DNA of 32,000 nt from contig NZ_AP028907.1 of NCBI RefSeq assembly GCF_036323395.1, forward strand, positions 390,001 to 422,000, read 5' to 3'. This stretch comes from Pyrodictium abyssi. Its GTDB lineage: Archaea; Thermoproteota; Thermoprotei_A; Sulfolobales; Pyrodictiaceae. Positions 11,238 to 20,001 of this stretch are shown one piece after another. The stretch's first letter is position 1, and every line of letters starts with the position of its first letter. The position numbers and the translations under genes are program-made. Under the pieces are notes generated by a model. That model was not told the origin of the DNA, made no database searches, and saw only the letters and a list, made by a program, of their open reading frames with translations.

Positions 11238-11525
11238 CTACCGCCACCCGGGCCTCCGGCCCCTGGACACTGCTCTGCGCAGGAACATGTAGGCCAGCAC
11301 CAGCAATGTCACCAGGACGGCTATCTTGACTAGGATTACTAGGACAGCTATAGCCAGCCTCGCGAGCATAAACACCACGGGGAGCGCGACGCCGCCAACG
11401 AAGGCGTATGTTATAGCTGTGCGTAGATCCCCTCCCTTCTGGATAGCGTAGATGAAGCCAAGTACCACGCCTATAGCCGCCACTACCTCTATCAGCAAGG
11501 TTCTCCACTTAGTACTCCCAGCCAC
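11238..11525 (-). CDS. Small membrane protein of unknown function
   Basis: Hydrophobic segments (LLIEVVAAIGVVLGFIYAI; AITYAFVGGVALPVVFMLARLAIAVLVILVKIAVLVTLLVLAYMFL). Start moved from 11663 to the GTG at 11525. Confidence 0.6.
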   Translation of the reverse strand: MAGSTKWRTLLIEVVAAIGVVLGFIYAIQKGGDLRTAITYAFVGGVALPVVFMLARLAIAVLVILVKIAVLVTLLVLAYMFLRRAVSRGRRPGWR

Positions 11526-11669
11526 TGGAAGGCTGTAAAACTGATGGCACTTGAGGCGAGAGGGCTGTAACTGGACTACGCTCTCTAGAATAGAATGAGG
11601 TAGCCGGGTACCGTGTGGCTGTGAAAAGGCGTGGGAACCGTGCAGTCCAGGCTCCTGTGTCACGGGGTG

Positions 11670-11873
11670 TTAGATGGTTACGCGGCGTGGCTCCCTCCGC
11701 GGGGCCAGCTCGAAGCCCGTGGGGTGTTCTGGTATACCCCAGAGCTCGCGTTTCAGAAGCTCCCGAACAGCTATCCTTATCGCCTCGCTACGGCTGCTAT
11801 ACCTGCCCATCTTGACTAGCTCGTCTAGACCCTCCAGGTAGGTTTCGGGCATCTTGACCGTTACGAGGCGCAT
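11670..11873 (-). CDS. Ribbon-helix-helix (CopG/Arc-like) DNA-binding protein
   Basis: MRLVTVKMPETYLEGLDELVKMGRYSSRSEAIRIAVRELLKREL, a classic RHH pattern. Confidence 0.88.
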   Translation of the reverse strand: MRLVTVKMPETYLEGLDELVKMGRYSSRSEAIRIAVRELLKRELWGIPEHPTGFELAPRREPRRVTI

Positions 11874-11880
11874 CTCTGCA

Positions 11881-11924
11881 GCTCACCGGAGTGAGCATAT
11901 GCTGTGTAGGGTAAGGTTTAAACC
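11881..11924 (-). promoter_or_regulatory. RHH gene promoter: TATA-like ggtttaaacc (11915..11924) and palindrome GCTCACCGGAGTGAGC (11881..11896)
   Basis: Perfect 6-bp arms around a 4-nt centre, at the expected transcription start, directly upstream of the RHH ATG. Confidence 0.5.
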
Positions 11925-12111
11925 CCGGGGACCTGTGTTACCACTTCCACTGCTTCCCGTGCAGCGTGTAGAGTAGTGTGGAGCCCCGGCAGCCCTGTAA
12001 ACAACGGCGAGGAGTTGAAGCTGCCGCGTAGAGGCCGGGGGCAGATAGCTCTCCTAGTAGAGGCGCCCGGTGTTAAAGAGATGTGGTGGAGTGTGCTCCG
12101 CGTGGCTATGG

Positions 12112-12510
12112 CTAGATGTCCTCGGGGAAGAAGGGCGGCTTCTCCGCCAGGTTGATTATCGGGATCGCTATCCAGCCGGGCCTCGTGCCGCGTGAAACCT
12201 CTATGTGCTCCCCCTGGTCGTCCACCTTAACCAGTAGGTAGTTCCCGTCCCCTAGCTTGTTGTCGTCATCAAGGTAGTAGTACAGCATGGGGAGCCCGTA
12301 GAGCTTGTAGTAGTCGCGTAGCACGGCTATGATACCGTACACTTTGCCGCCGTTCTTCCCGGGGAACCTTACGAGGTACGCTGGCTGCCCCAGCGTCACT
12401 ATGCTCGCGGCTATCCTAGCCAAGTCCTTCAGAGAGTCCACTCTTACGGGTACGAGCCTCTCTCCCTGCCTATCATCGGGCAAGGGTTCCGGGCCCCCAG
12501 CCTGAGCCAC
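12112..12510 (-). CDS. Hypothetical protein, possibly secreted or membrane-tethered; true start uncertain
   Basis: SLKDLARIAASIVTLGQPAYLVRFPGKNGGKVYGIIAVLRDYYKLYGLPMLYYYLDDDNKLGDGNYLLVKVDD has protein-like composition; GTG at 12510 is the first standard start available. Confidence 0.6.
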   Translation of the reverse strand: MAQAGGPEPLPDDRQGERLVPVRVDSLKDLARIAASIVTLGQPAYLVRFPGKNGGKVYGIIAVLRDYYKLYGLPMLYYYLDDDNKLGDGNYLLVKVDDQGEHIEVSRGTRPGWIAIPIINLAEKPPFFPEDI

Positions 12511-12636
12511 GAGTGTGGCAATAATAAGCGCTAGGCCTCTACGAGCCCCGCTAGGGGCCCTAATACATTACCCCCAGAGCCGCCTGGAGACGGGACCGGA
12601 GCCCGCGACGCCTCTGGGAGGGGTGCCAGGAGCTAC

Positions 12637-13431
12637 ATGTTCTTCATAGTGGTCGTAGGGCCGGCTGGTAGCGGCAAATCCCACCTAGTGGACGCTTTCG
12701 GCGACTGGCTAGAGTTCAACGAGCTGGGAGTCGCCAGGGTGAACCTAGACCCGGCGGTAGAGTGGCTGCCGTACGAGCCGGACGTGGATGTCCGTGAATA
12801 CGTGGACGCTAGGACGGTGATGAAGAAGCACCGTCTCGGGCCCAACGGCGCGCTCGTAGCCTCTATAGACATGCTGATAGACTATGTGGACAACATTAGG
12901 TCCGAGATAGAGGCTACCCAAGCCAACTACGTCCTAGTAGACACGCCGGGCCAGATGGAGCTCTTCGCCTTCCGCGACACAGGGCCCTACGTTATCCGCG
13001 AGATAATAGGCGATAGCCGCGCCGCAACACTCTTCATATTCGACGCTGTGTTCGCCTCGAACCCGCGTAGCCTAGCCTCTAGCCTCTTCCTCGCCCTCTC
13101 TGCCAGGATAAGGCTGGGGCTCCCCCAGGTAAACGCCGTGTCCAAGGCGGACCTGCTGCAGCCAGAGCAGATGGACGAGATAGAGGAGCAGGTAAACAGC
13201 CCAGAGAACCTCTACAACGCGCTAGTAGCCAAGGGCATGGACCCCCTAATGGCGGAGGCGGCGGCCAAGACCCTCGAGGCCCTCGCGCCGGAGGGCTCCA
13301 CGGCGCCAGCAGCTCTACGCTTCGTATCAGCACTCTCCGGCTACGGGCTAGACGACATCTACGCAGCACTACAGCAGGTGCTCGCGGGCGGCGAGGACTT
13401 CTACACCGAGGAGCCTAGCCCACGCCACTAG
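12637..13431 (+). CDS. GPN-loop GTPase (XAB1/Gpn family)
   Basis: FFIVVVGPAGSGKSHLVDAFGDWLE, VNLDPAVEWLPYEPDVDVREYVDARTVMKKHRLGPNGALVAS (GPN motif), VDTPGQMELF. Confidence 0.95.
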   Translation: MFFIVVVGPAGSGKSHLVDAFGDWLEFNELGVARVNLDPAVEWLPYEPDVDVREYVDARTVMKKHRLGPNGALVASIDMLIDYVDNIRSEIEATQANYVLVDTPGQMELFAFRDTGPYVIREIIGDSRAATLFIFDAVFASNPRSLASSLFLALSARIRLGLPQVNAVSKADLLQPEQMDEIEEQVNSPENLYNALVAKGMDPLMAEAAAKTLEALAPEGSTAPAALRFVSALSGYGLDDIYAALQQVLAGGEDFYTEEPSPRH

Positions 13432-13874
13432 AGATTTTGCAGCGAATGGGGCTCAGACCTCTCCGCATCCATTATGTGTACAACCATGTACCCCATCCCG
13501 GCCAGCGTATCTGCTATGAACCTGCGGTGGCAGCGCCGCCAGTACCTCTCCCGGCACATAACAGCCACATGGCCCTCCTCGGCCTCTATTATCTCCACCA
13601 GCCGGGCTATCCCCTTCCGGTAGCCCTCCGTGGCCATGTACGCCTCGTAGCTGCCCGGCCTGAAGCCCCCGAGCAGGCCGCCTAGCCACGTATACCTCAG
13701 CCCATACCGCGGCAGCGTCTCCTCTAGCACGTTCCTGTTGAACCATGGGACTCGCCGGCTCCCCGGAAACCTCCTTGCGTCGACCACGTGGGCTACACGG
13801 TAGAGCTTGAGAATCGATATAAGCTCCCCTAGGGTGCGGTTGCTATGGCCTATAGTGTATACAGTCCTCGTCAC
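13428..13874 (-). CDS. DUF488 family protein
   Basis: VYTIGHSNRTLGELISILKLYRVAHVVDARRFPGSRRVPWFN...YTWLGGLLGG...HVAVMCRERYWRRCHRRFIAD. GTG at 13874 chosen over 13934 to remove overlap with the upstream gene. Confidence 0.86.
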   Translation of the reverse strand: MTRTVYTIGHSNRTLGELISILKLYRVAHVVDARRFPGSRRVPWFNRNVLEETLPRYGLRYTWLGGLLGGFRPGSYEAYMATEGYRKGIARLVEIIEAEEGHVAVMCRERYWRRCHRRFIADTLAGMGYMVVHIMDAERSEPHSLQNL

Positions 13875-13878
13875 CGCC

Positions 13879-14787
13879 CTAGTCCCCGATACATGTGAAT
13901 GCAGTCTCCACAGCCTCTGTCGCACTTCTAGCAAACACGTATATCACTGGCTCCAGGCTGTGGCCCCCCAGATCAGCTATAGCGTCTATGGGGCCGCTAG
14001 TCTTATCGAGCACCGAGGCTATATCGTCTAAGAGCCTCTTAGGCTCGTCGTGAGGCCCAGCCTCTACCACCTTTAGGCCTTTCTTACGGAGCTTCTCTAC
14101 GCAAGTGGGGCTATACGCTATGACTACTACGGCTCTACGGCTTGGCAACCTCTTCTTTACGAGGAGGAGTATGCTGGCAGTATGCCTACTGCCCCCGTAG
14201 GCAGGTCTGCCGACAGCAACCACCTGGTTGCCGGCCCGTACTAGAGCGCCGGTAAGACCAACAGTCTCGAGTATTGATGATGCGTCCGGCTTTGCAGCCA
14301 CTATGTTCGAGCCCACGTTTGGTATTAGCTTCTCCGCGCCAGGGGTCGAGGTGAGCAGCCTAACCGCCTCCTCGACTTCGAGGACCAGCGGGTCGCTCCC
14401 GGGCTGGAACAATGTGCTACAGATACTACAGTCACGTGGCAGCCTATTGTCGACACGGTAGTGAAGGCTGCACAGCGCGCCGCGCAGGAGCAGGTTGTTG
14501 ACGTAGCTTGTGAAGAGCGAGAAGTAGCTGCCATAGTCGCTCCGCATGAGCTGAGATGCTAGGACCTCGGCTACTGCCCAGGCCTCGTCGCGTGGTGCTC
14601 CAGCATCCTCCAGCTCTCTTAGGAGCTCCTCGGGGCTCTTCCTAAGGTACTTGCTTACCATGGGCTGTGATACGCCGAGGAGCCGTGCTATCCTCTCCTG
14701 GCCCATGCCTTTTTCTCGCAGCATCCTAGCGACCAGCGCCTTGAGCGGGGGCACTATGTAGCGTGCAGCGAGCTCATGGGGCAGCAA
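13879..14787 (-). CDS. HTH regulator fused to a ThiN-like domain (ThiR-type)
   Basis: N-terminal HTH (KGMGQERIARLLGVSQPMVSKYLRKS); C-terminal ThiN-like region (EKLIPNVGSNIVAAKPDASSILETVGLTGALVRAGNQVVAVGRPAYGGSRHTASILLLVKKR). Confidence 0.82.
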   Translation of the reverse strand: MLPHELAARYIVPPLKALVARMLREKGMGQERIARLLGVSQPMVSKYLRKSPEELLRELEDAGAPRDEAWAVAEVLASQLMRSDYGSYFSLFTSYVNNLLLRGALCSLHYRVDNRLPRDCSICSTLFQPGSDPLVLEVEEAVRLLTSTPGAEKLIPNVGSNIVAAKPDASSILETVGLTGALVRAGNQVVAVGRPAYGGSRHTASILLLVKKRLPSRRAVVVIAYSPTCVEKLRKKGLKVVEAGPHDEPKRLLDDIASVLDKTSGPIDAIADLGGHSLEPVIYVFARSATEAVETAFTCIGD

Positions 14788-15013
14788 TGTGTTCTATCCT
14801 CTACGACGCTGTAGCGGAGGAGCAACTCAATGTGCCTGCCAGGTAGTTACATACGCCCCGTCTTCCCTAAAGAGATGTGCGCCGCCAGCAGGGGGCTGAG
14901 CGCCGCATCCCTATGCTGAAGCGGCTAGCTATGCCCCGTCAATGAAGGCTGCAGAATGTTCTCTAAACCCTGGCATGCTGCTGCTAGCAGCCTAGTGGGG
15001 GTGCGCGTCTAGA

Positions 15014-16246
15014 ATGCCGCGCATACTAACAGACACGGCTACCGATGAGCTGAAGAAGTACATCCTCGAACTGTATAACCGCTTCATACCCGCCAGGGCT
15101 GTGCCCCCGGACCTCGGCGGCCCCGGCGAGCTGAAGCGTGCGGAAGTGCTTGAAGAGGAGCTAAACAAGCTAGGCCTAAAAGTGGAAAGAGTAGAAGCTC
15201 ATGATCCCCGCGCCGAGGGCGGTGTCAGGCCCAACATCCTCGCCATACTACCGGGGCGCGACACGAGCCGCACGCTATGGGTGGTAGCACACCTGGACAC
15301 AGTCCCCGAGGGCGACCGTGGGCTCTGGAAGACAGACCCCTACACGGTGGTGGTCGACGGCGACAAGGTGTACGGGAGGGGTGTCGAAGACAACGGCCAA
15401 GGAATAGTCCTAGCCCTCGCGGCGGCACGTTACCTAGCCGTGAACGGTCTCGAGCCCCGCGTAAACCTCGGGATAGCACTCGTGAGCGACGAGGAGACGG
15501 GGAGCCGCTACGGCCTGCAATATCTGCTGGAGAAGGGTGTGTTCGGCAGCCCTGAGACCGACTGGTTCCTAGTCCCGGATGCCGGTAGCCCGGACGGCTC
15601 CAAGGTCATAGTGGCCGAGAAGCACATAGCCTGGATAAAGGTCACCGTCAAGGGCCGGCAGACCCATGCCAGTATGCCGCATACGGGGCTGAACGCGCAC
15701 CGTCTCGGCATGATGTTCAACCTGGAGCTGGACACTATCCTCCACACAAGGTTCACAAGGTTCAACGAGATATTCGAGCCGCCAGTCTCCACTTTCGAGC
15801 CGACAAAGAAGGAGTCTAATGTAGGCAACGTGAACACGATACCTGGCGTTGATACCGTTTACTGGGACATGAGGATACTACCCGACTACACCATAGAAGA
15901 TGTGCTAGACGTGGTGAGAGCAGCGGCCTACAACTTCTCGGCGAGGACAGGGGCACAAGTAGAGGTGGAGCCAGTTGCGCTAGACGAGGCCGGCAAACCG
16001 ACTGACACGAGCCATGACTTCGTCAAGGGGTTCCTAGAAGCTATACACGAGACGAGAGGCATAGAGCCAAGGGCCATAGGCATAGGCGGCGGCACTGTAG
16101 CCAGGTACCTACGTAGGCACGGGTACCAGGCCCTCGTCTGGATGACGTGCGACGAGACTGCTCACCAGCCCAACGAGTACACAAGGCTCAGCTACATAGT
16201 GGCTGATGTAGATACACTCCTACACTATCTGCTCAACAAGGCATAG
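15014..16246 (+). CDS. M20 family metallopeptidase (ArgE/DapE/ACY1-like)
   Basis: TLWVVAHLDTVPEGDRGLWKTDPYTVVVDGDKVYGRGVEDNGQGIVLALAAARYL, SDEETGSRYGLQYLLEKG. Confidence 0.9.
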   Translation: MPRILTDTATDELKKYILELYNRFIPARAVPPDLGGPGELKRAEVLEEELNKLGLKVERVEAHDPRAEGGVRPNILAILPGRDTSRTLWVVAHLDTVPEGDRGLWKTDPYTVVVDGDKVYGRGVEDNGQGIVLALAAARYLAVNGLEPRVNLGIALVSDEETGSRYGLQYLLEKGVFGSPETDWFLVPDAGSPDGSKVIVAEKHIAWIKVTVKGRQTHASMPHTGLNAHRLGMMFNLELDTILHTRFTRFNEIFEPPVSTFEPTKKESNVGNVNTIPGVDTVYWDMRILPDYTIEDVLDVVRAAAYNFSARTGAQVEVEPVALDEAGKPTDTSHDFVKGFLEAIHETRGIEPRAIGIGGGTVARYLRRHGYQALVWMTCDETAHQPNEYTRLSYIVADVDTLLHYLLNKA

Positions 16247-16329
16247 CCTATGCCTGGCTATCCTCTTTTCAACTGCCCGGGAGCGTAGGCCGGTTAGCCC
16301 GGGGGTCGGCCATAGCGGGCGGAGCATCG

Positions 16330-16842
16330 GTGAGACTCAGGCTAGATAGCTCCAAGTACTTCAGCATACCATACAGCGTGTTCGACGTCCTCCTGCAGAT
16401 GAGGGGCGCCATAGACCCCGACTCCGGGCAGATAGTGTGCCACTTCTACACGCTTGGCGTAGCCGTGCTCGAGACGGAGGAGGCCTCGGTGCCGGTAATA
16501 GTGATCGAGGGCTGCCTCCTAGCCACCTTCGGGAAGGAGAACGTGGAGACAGTGCTCAGGATGGGCGACGCTGTCGAGGTGAGCGAGTTCCGGGTCAGCC
16601 GTGGCCGCGTAGCGGTAGGCGACTTGGAGATAGACCACTACTGGGGCCTAGCAGCAATAGCATACGCGGGAGAAACCGGCGCGGACGTGAAGCTGTACAA
16701 GCTCCGCCTAGCGGTCGACGGCGAGGACGCGCCCGTAGCAGCTATACTAGTCGACCCGACCGACGCAGGGCCAATGCTCATGCTGCTGCCCAAGTCCTGC
16801 GAGTACATAGAGGAGCAGGAGCAGCCCCCAACACACATGTAG
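16330..16842 (+). CDS. Hypothetical protein
   Basis: GTG start; 170 aa with coherent composition (MRLRLDSSKYFSIPYSVFDVLLQMRGAIDPDSGQIVCHFYTLGVAVLETEEASVPVIVIEGCLLATFG...); no family recognised. Confidence 0.7.
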   Translation: MRLRLDSSKYFSIPYSVFDVLLQMRGAIDPDSGQIVCHFYTLGVAVLETEEASVPVIVIEGCLLATFGKENVETVLRMGDAVEVSEFRVSRGRVAVGDLEIDHYWGLAAIAYAGETGADVKLYKLRLAVDGEDAPVAAILVDPTDAGPMLMLLPKSCEYIEEQEQPPTHM

Positions 16843-16859
16843 AGCAGCAGGCCCGAGGG

Positions 16860-17681
16860 CTACCCGCCTTGGGCCCCGGGGCTCCTTCTGCATGTTTTGC
16901 AGCCGCATAGCACTTCAAGAGCCTCCTCCTCCATAGGGTGGAGCCTCGGCGCCGTCACCACGAGGCTATGGGGCGGTGGCGGGTACTCGGCAGCCGCGAC
17001 CTCGTCTACGCTGCCCGCTATGCAGCGCTGCTCGCTAGTACCAGCCCTTGCAACGCCAACGACAATCACGCGGGGAAGCTCGGGCTCCCTATGCTCCTCA
17101 GCCGCCAGCTCCTCCTCAAGCTCCAGCAGTATACGGATGGCCTCCGGGACGGTCATTGCGCGGCCAGCGTCGAGCCGGAGGTCTAGGAGGACTAGCGTGT
17201 GGAGTCCTCTCTCGCGGTTGGCCCAGATAGCCTCGACGGTGCTGTAGGGCTTGAACCCTTCCTCCGGGTATACGAGGGTCACAGTCTTCCCGAAGCGGTA
17301 GACCTGCAGGCCCGTAGCGTCTACCACAGCCTGCAGGCCGGAGACGCCAGGCACCACGTGTGCCTCCACGCCGCGTCTACGCGCCTCGACGAGGAGCGCT
17401 ATATGGGTGGTAGCGTGGAGCGGGTCGCCCGGCACAAGCAGCACAATGGTCTTCTCACGGGCCTCCTGGATTAGCTTGTCGGCCTCGTCCTCTAGAAGGC
17501 GGCGTGGCGCCTCGACAACCTCCGCTCGGGGGTTTAGCCGCCTGACTAGCTCCCGGTCGACGCCCGGTGCGATGCTGGTGTAGGTGTCCAGGTAGACCTT
17601 ATCGGCGGCCCCTATGACCTGTATGGCCTTTAGGCTGAGGTACTCCGAGGAGACCCCAGCGCCGACTATGTAGAGCGTCAT
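16860..17681 (-). CDS. dphB: Diphthine synthase
   Basis: MTLYIVGAGVSSEYLSLKAIQVIGAADKVYLDTYTS, LVPGDPLHATTHIAL, HVVPGVSGLQA. Confidence 0.93.
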   Translation of the reverse strand: MTLYIVGAGVSSEYLSLKAIQVIGAADKVYLDTYTSIAPGVDRELVRRLNPRAEVVEAPRRLLEDEADKLIQEAREKTIVLLVPGDPLHATTHIALLVEARRRGVEAHVVPGVSGLQAVVDATGLQVYRFGKTVTLVYPEEGFKPYSTVEAIWANRERGLHTLVLLDLRLDAGRAMTVPEAIRILLELEEELAAEEHREPELPRVIVVGVARAGTSEQRCIAGSVDEVAAAEYPPPPHSLVVTAPRLHPMEEEALEVLCGCKTCRRSPGAQGG

Positions 17682-17701
17682 CCCAGGACCCCCAGGAGCG
17701 C

Positions 17702-18859
17702 CTAGTCTAGGCCGTAGTAGCTCCTAGCCTTCTCGGCCAGGCTGCCGACCGCTATGTAGTCGAATATCGTGCCACTACTCTCCCGGAGCCTCAGCGCGTC
17801 CACTATCCAGCTATACCTGCCCCCGGCGAGCCCGTTGGCGAGCAACGCGGCCCCAAGCGCCGCCTCCTTGGCTGTGCCCTTGTAGCTGAGCCCCGTGACC
17901 TCTATGTCCAGCTTCAAGAGCACTGGCGCGAGCTTCTCCCCTAGTGCTCGGCGGAAGGGCTCTACGCGCCACCAGCGCCCCGTCACATACACGCGGCGGG
18001 GCGTGGCAACGGCTAGCAGCGCGAGCACGTCCTTTGCAGCAGCCTCTGCCAGCGCCTCTATAGCCTCTCGTGCGCGCGCGTCGCCCCCGGCAGCCCTCTC
18101 GGCTACCGCGTCGGGCCCGGGTGGGGGCCACGAGTCTCCGAGGAGCGATGCTGCGCCTCCCTCGAATAGCCTCTCCTTGCTGAACCCAGGCTCCGTGAAC
18201 GCGGCCAGGTAGGCCAGCTCCGAGTCCCAGGCGCCAGCGCCCATGTAGCCTGTGAAGCCCGCGGAGCCGCCTATCCCGTCGACTATACGGCCGGACTCGA
18301 CTGCTATGGCGGCGGTGTACGCGTAGCCCACCTCCAGCACTATGAAGTCGGCCTCTTCTACGGGTGTGCCCCTGTCCTCCACCTCTTCGCGCAGCGCCGC
18401 GGCCACAGAGTAGACCTTGTCGCTGGTACCCATGTCTATCCTGTTAAGCTTACGCCACCGGGGAACAGTCGAGAGATGCACCACGCCAGGCGTAAACCAG
18501 ACGGGCAGGCCGCTCTCGGCGAGGAGCATCATAGCCCGGCGGAGGCCTAGGATGCGGAGCCCCCGCTCCTCGTCAGCACGGTGTATGAAAGTAGCAGCCC
18601 TTATCTCGGCCTCGGTGGCCTCCTGGGCCCGCTTCAGCGGCACGCCATAGCCGCTAGACATGACTATAGACGAGACGCCCTCCTCTACGAGCTTCTCTAG
18701 CTTCTCGACCACGATGCTCGGCTGTTCCACCACTAGGCGCCTGGGTATAGCCTCCTCGTAGAAGACCCGGAACCCGTCGCCCACCTCCTCTATCGCTACT
18801 ATGTCAACGCTATACGTGCCCGAGTCGACGCCAGCACTCCTAAGCCCAGCCAAGGCCAA
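17702..18859 (-). CDS. DUF1464 family ASKHA-fold kinase-like protein
   Basis: AGVDSGTYSVDIVAIEEVGDGF, GIGGSAGFTGYMGAGAWDSELAYL, AVATPRRVYVTGRWWRV. Confidence 0.75.
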   Translation of the reverse strand: MALAGLRSAGVDSGTYSVDIVAIEEVGDGFRVFYEEAIPRRLVVEQPSIVVEKLEKLVEEGVSSIVMSSGYGVPLKRAQEATEAEIRAATFIHRADEERGLRILGLRRAMMLLAESGLPVWFTPGVVHLSTVPRWRKLNRIDMGTSDKVYSVAAALREEVEDRGTPVEEADFIVLEVGYAYTAAIAVESGRIVDGIGGSAGFTGYMGAGAWDSELAYLAAFTEPGFSKERLFEGGAASLLGDSWPPPGPDAVAERAAGGDARAREAIEALAEAAAKDVLALLAVATPRRVYVTGRWWRVEPFRRALGEKLAPVLLKLDIEVTGLSYKGTAKEAALGAALLANGLAGGRYSWIVDALRLRESSGTIFDYIAVGSLAEKARSYYGLD

Positions 18860-18902
18860 TCAGGCCCCCGGCATGTAGTACAATCATGTAGTAGAAACGT
18901 GG

Positions 18903-19868
18903 CTACGCCGTGACCGTGGCCCCCTGGTTGTCGGGGGCTGCTATGTAGACTGCTCCGCCCCCGTTCTCGCTTAGCCACTCCCGGAGCCTCGCCGCCATCG
19001 CCCTGGCCTTCGAGAGGCTCGGCGCTATAGTGTAGAAGGTCGGCCCCCAGCTGGTCTGGGCAGCGCCAGCGGCGCCCAGGCTGTGGAGCAGCTTTATGCC
19101 CTCCTCGACCAGTGGGCAACAGTAGCGCCCCTTCTGCTCAGCTGCCCAGTACTCGCCTAGGAGGCCATTGAACTCCTCAAGCGCCTCGAGTAGCTCCTCG
19201 AGCCTAGCCTCGGCGGCAGCAGGCATAAGCTTCATGAGTACTATCCTCGACGCCCTCATAGCCATCTCCTCCGGCATAGATGGCATCGACTCTAGTACCT
19301 CGTCCTCCCTAGCCTTCAGCTCGAGTATCCGGGGCAGCGGCTCCCTGGGGATAGCTATGACGAAGCGCCAGCTCTCTGGCAGCTCGTACCTCGCTATGAG
19401 CGGGGGTATGTGGCGCCCCCGCTCCTCCAGGAGGAAGCCACCCTCGACAATCATGCCGCCCTTTGTGAAGCTGTAGAAGCCGAGAGCGGACACCGTGGAG
19501 CGGCCGAGAGCGAGAGCAGCGTCGGCGAGGCTTACGCCAGCGCCATACAGCAGCTGGTAGGCCCGGGCAATGGACAGTACCAGTGAAGTAGTGCTCCCCA
19601 TGCCTACGTGCCTCGGTATAGCCTCGTGGATCCGGATACAGATGTGTGGTAGGCCGAACTCGGCCCGTAGCCTGTCCACTATCTGCAGCGCGCGGTCAGC
19701 GTCGGGGCCCTCCACGCGGGTGTCCGGACAGCGCCACGCCTCCAGCACCAGCCTCGGCCGCGAGACTGTGAAGCCTACTGTGCCGTAGAGCCGGCCTAGG
19801 CCACCGTGGAGATCCATGTTGCCGGCGTGAAGGTGTGCAGGAGCAGACACGACAACTCTCTCAGGCAA
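18903..19868 (-). CDS. GHMP kinase family protein, beta-ribofuranosylaminobenzene 5'-phosphate synthase-like
   Basis: VVVSAPAHLHAGNMDLHGGLGRLYGTVGFTVSRPRLVLEA; GHVGMGSTTSLVLSIARA glycine-rich GHMP motif; GAAGAAQTSWGPTFYTI C-terminal motif. Confidence 0.83.
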   Translation of the reverse strand: MPERVVVSAPAHLHAGNMDLHGGLGRLYGTVGFTVSRPRLVLEAWRCPDTRVEGPDADRALQIVDRLRAEFGLPHICIRIHEAIPRHVGMGSTTSLVLSIARAYQLLYGAGVSLADAALALGRSTVSALGFYSFTKGGMIVEGGFLLEERGRHIPPLIARYELPESWRFVIAIPREPLPRILELKAREDEVLESMPSMPEEMAMRASRIVLMKLMPAAAEARLEELLEALEEFNGLLGEYWAAEQKGRYCCPLVEEGIKLLHSLGAAGAAQTSWGPTFYTIAPSLSKARAMAARLREWLSENGGGAVYIAAPDNQGATVTA

Positions 19869-20001
19869 TAATGCTCGCCTCCCTCCGCTACTGCTTCTCG
19901 TCCCCGCCTGCTAGCCCCGGGCAAACGAGCCCTTATGTACCGGCCTACGCCTAGCGCGGGTTAACGGGGAGCCCCAGGGGGAGCTGCGAGGAGTATGAGC
20001 C

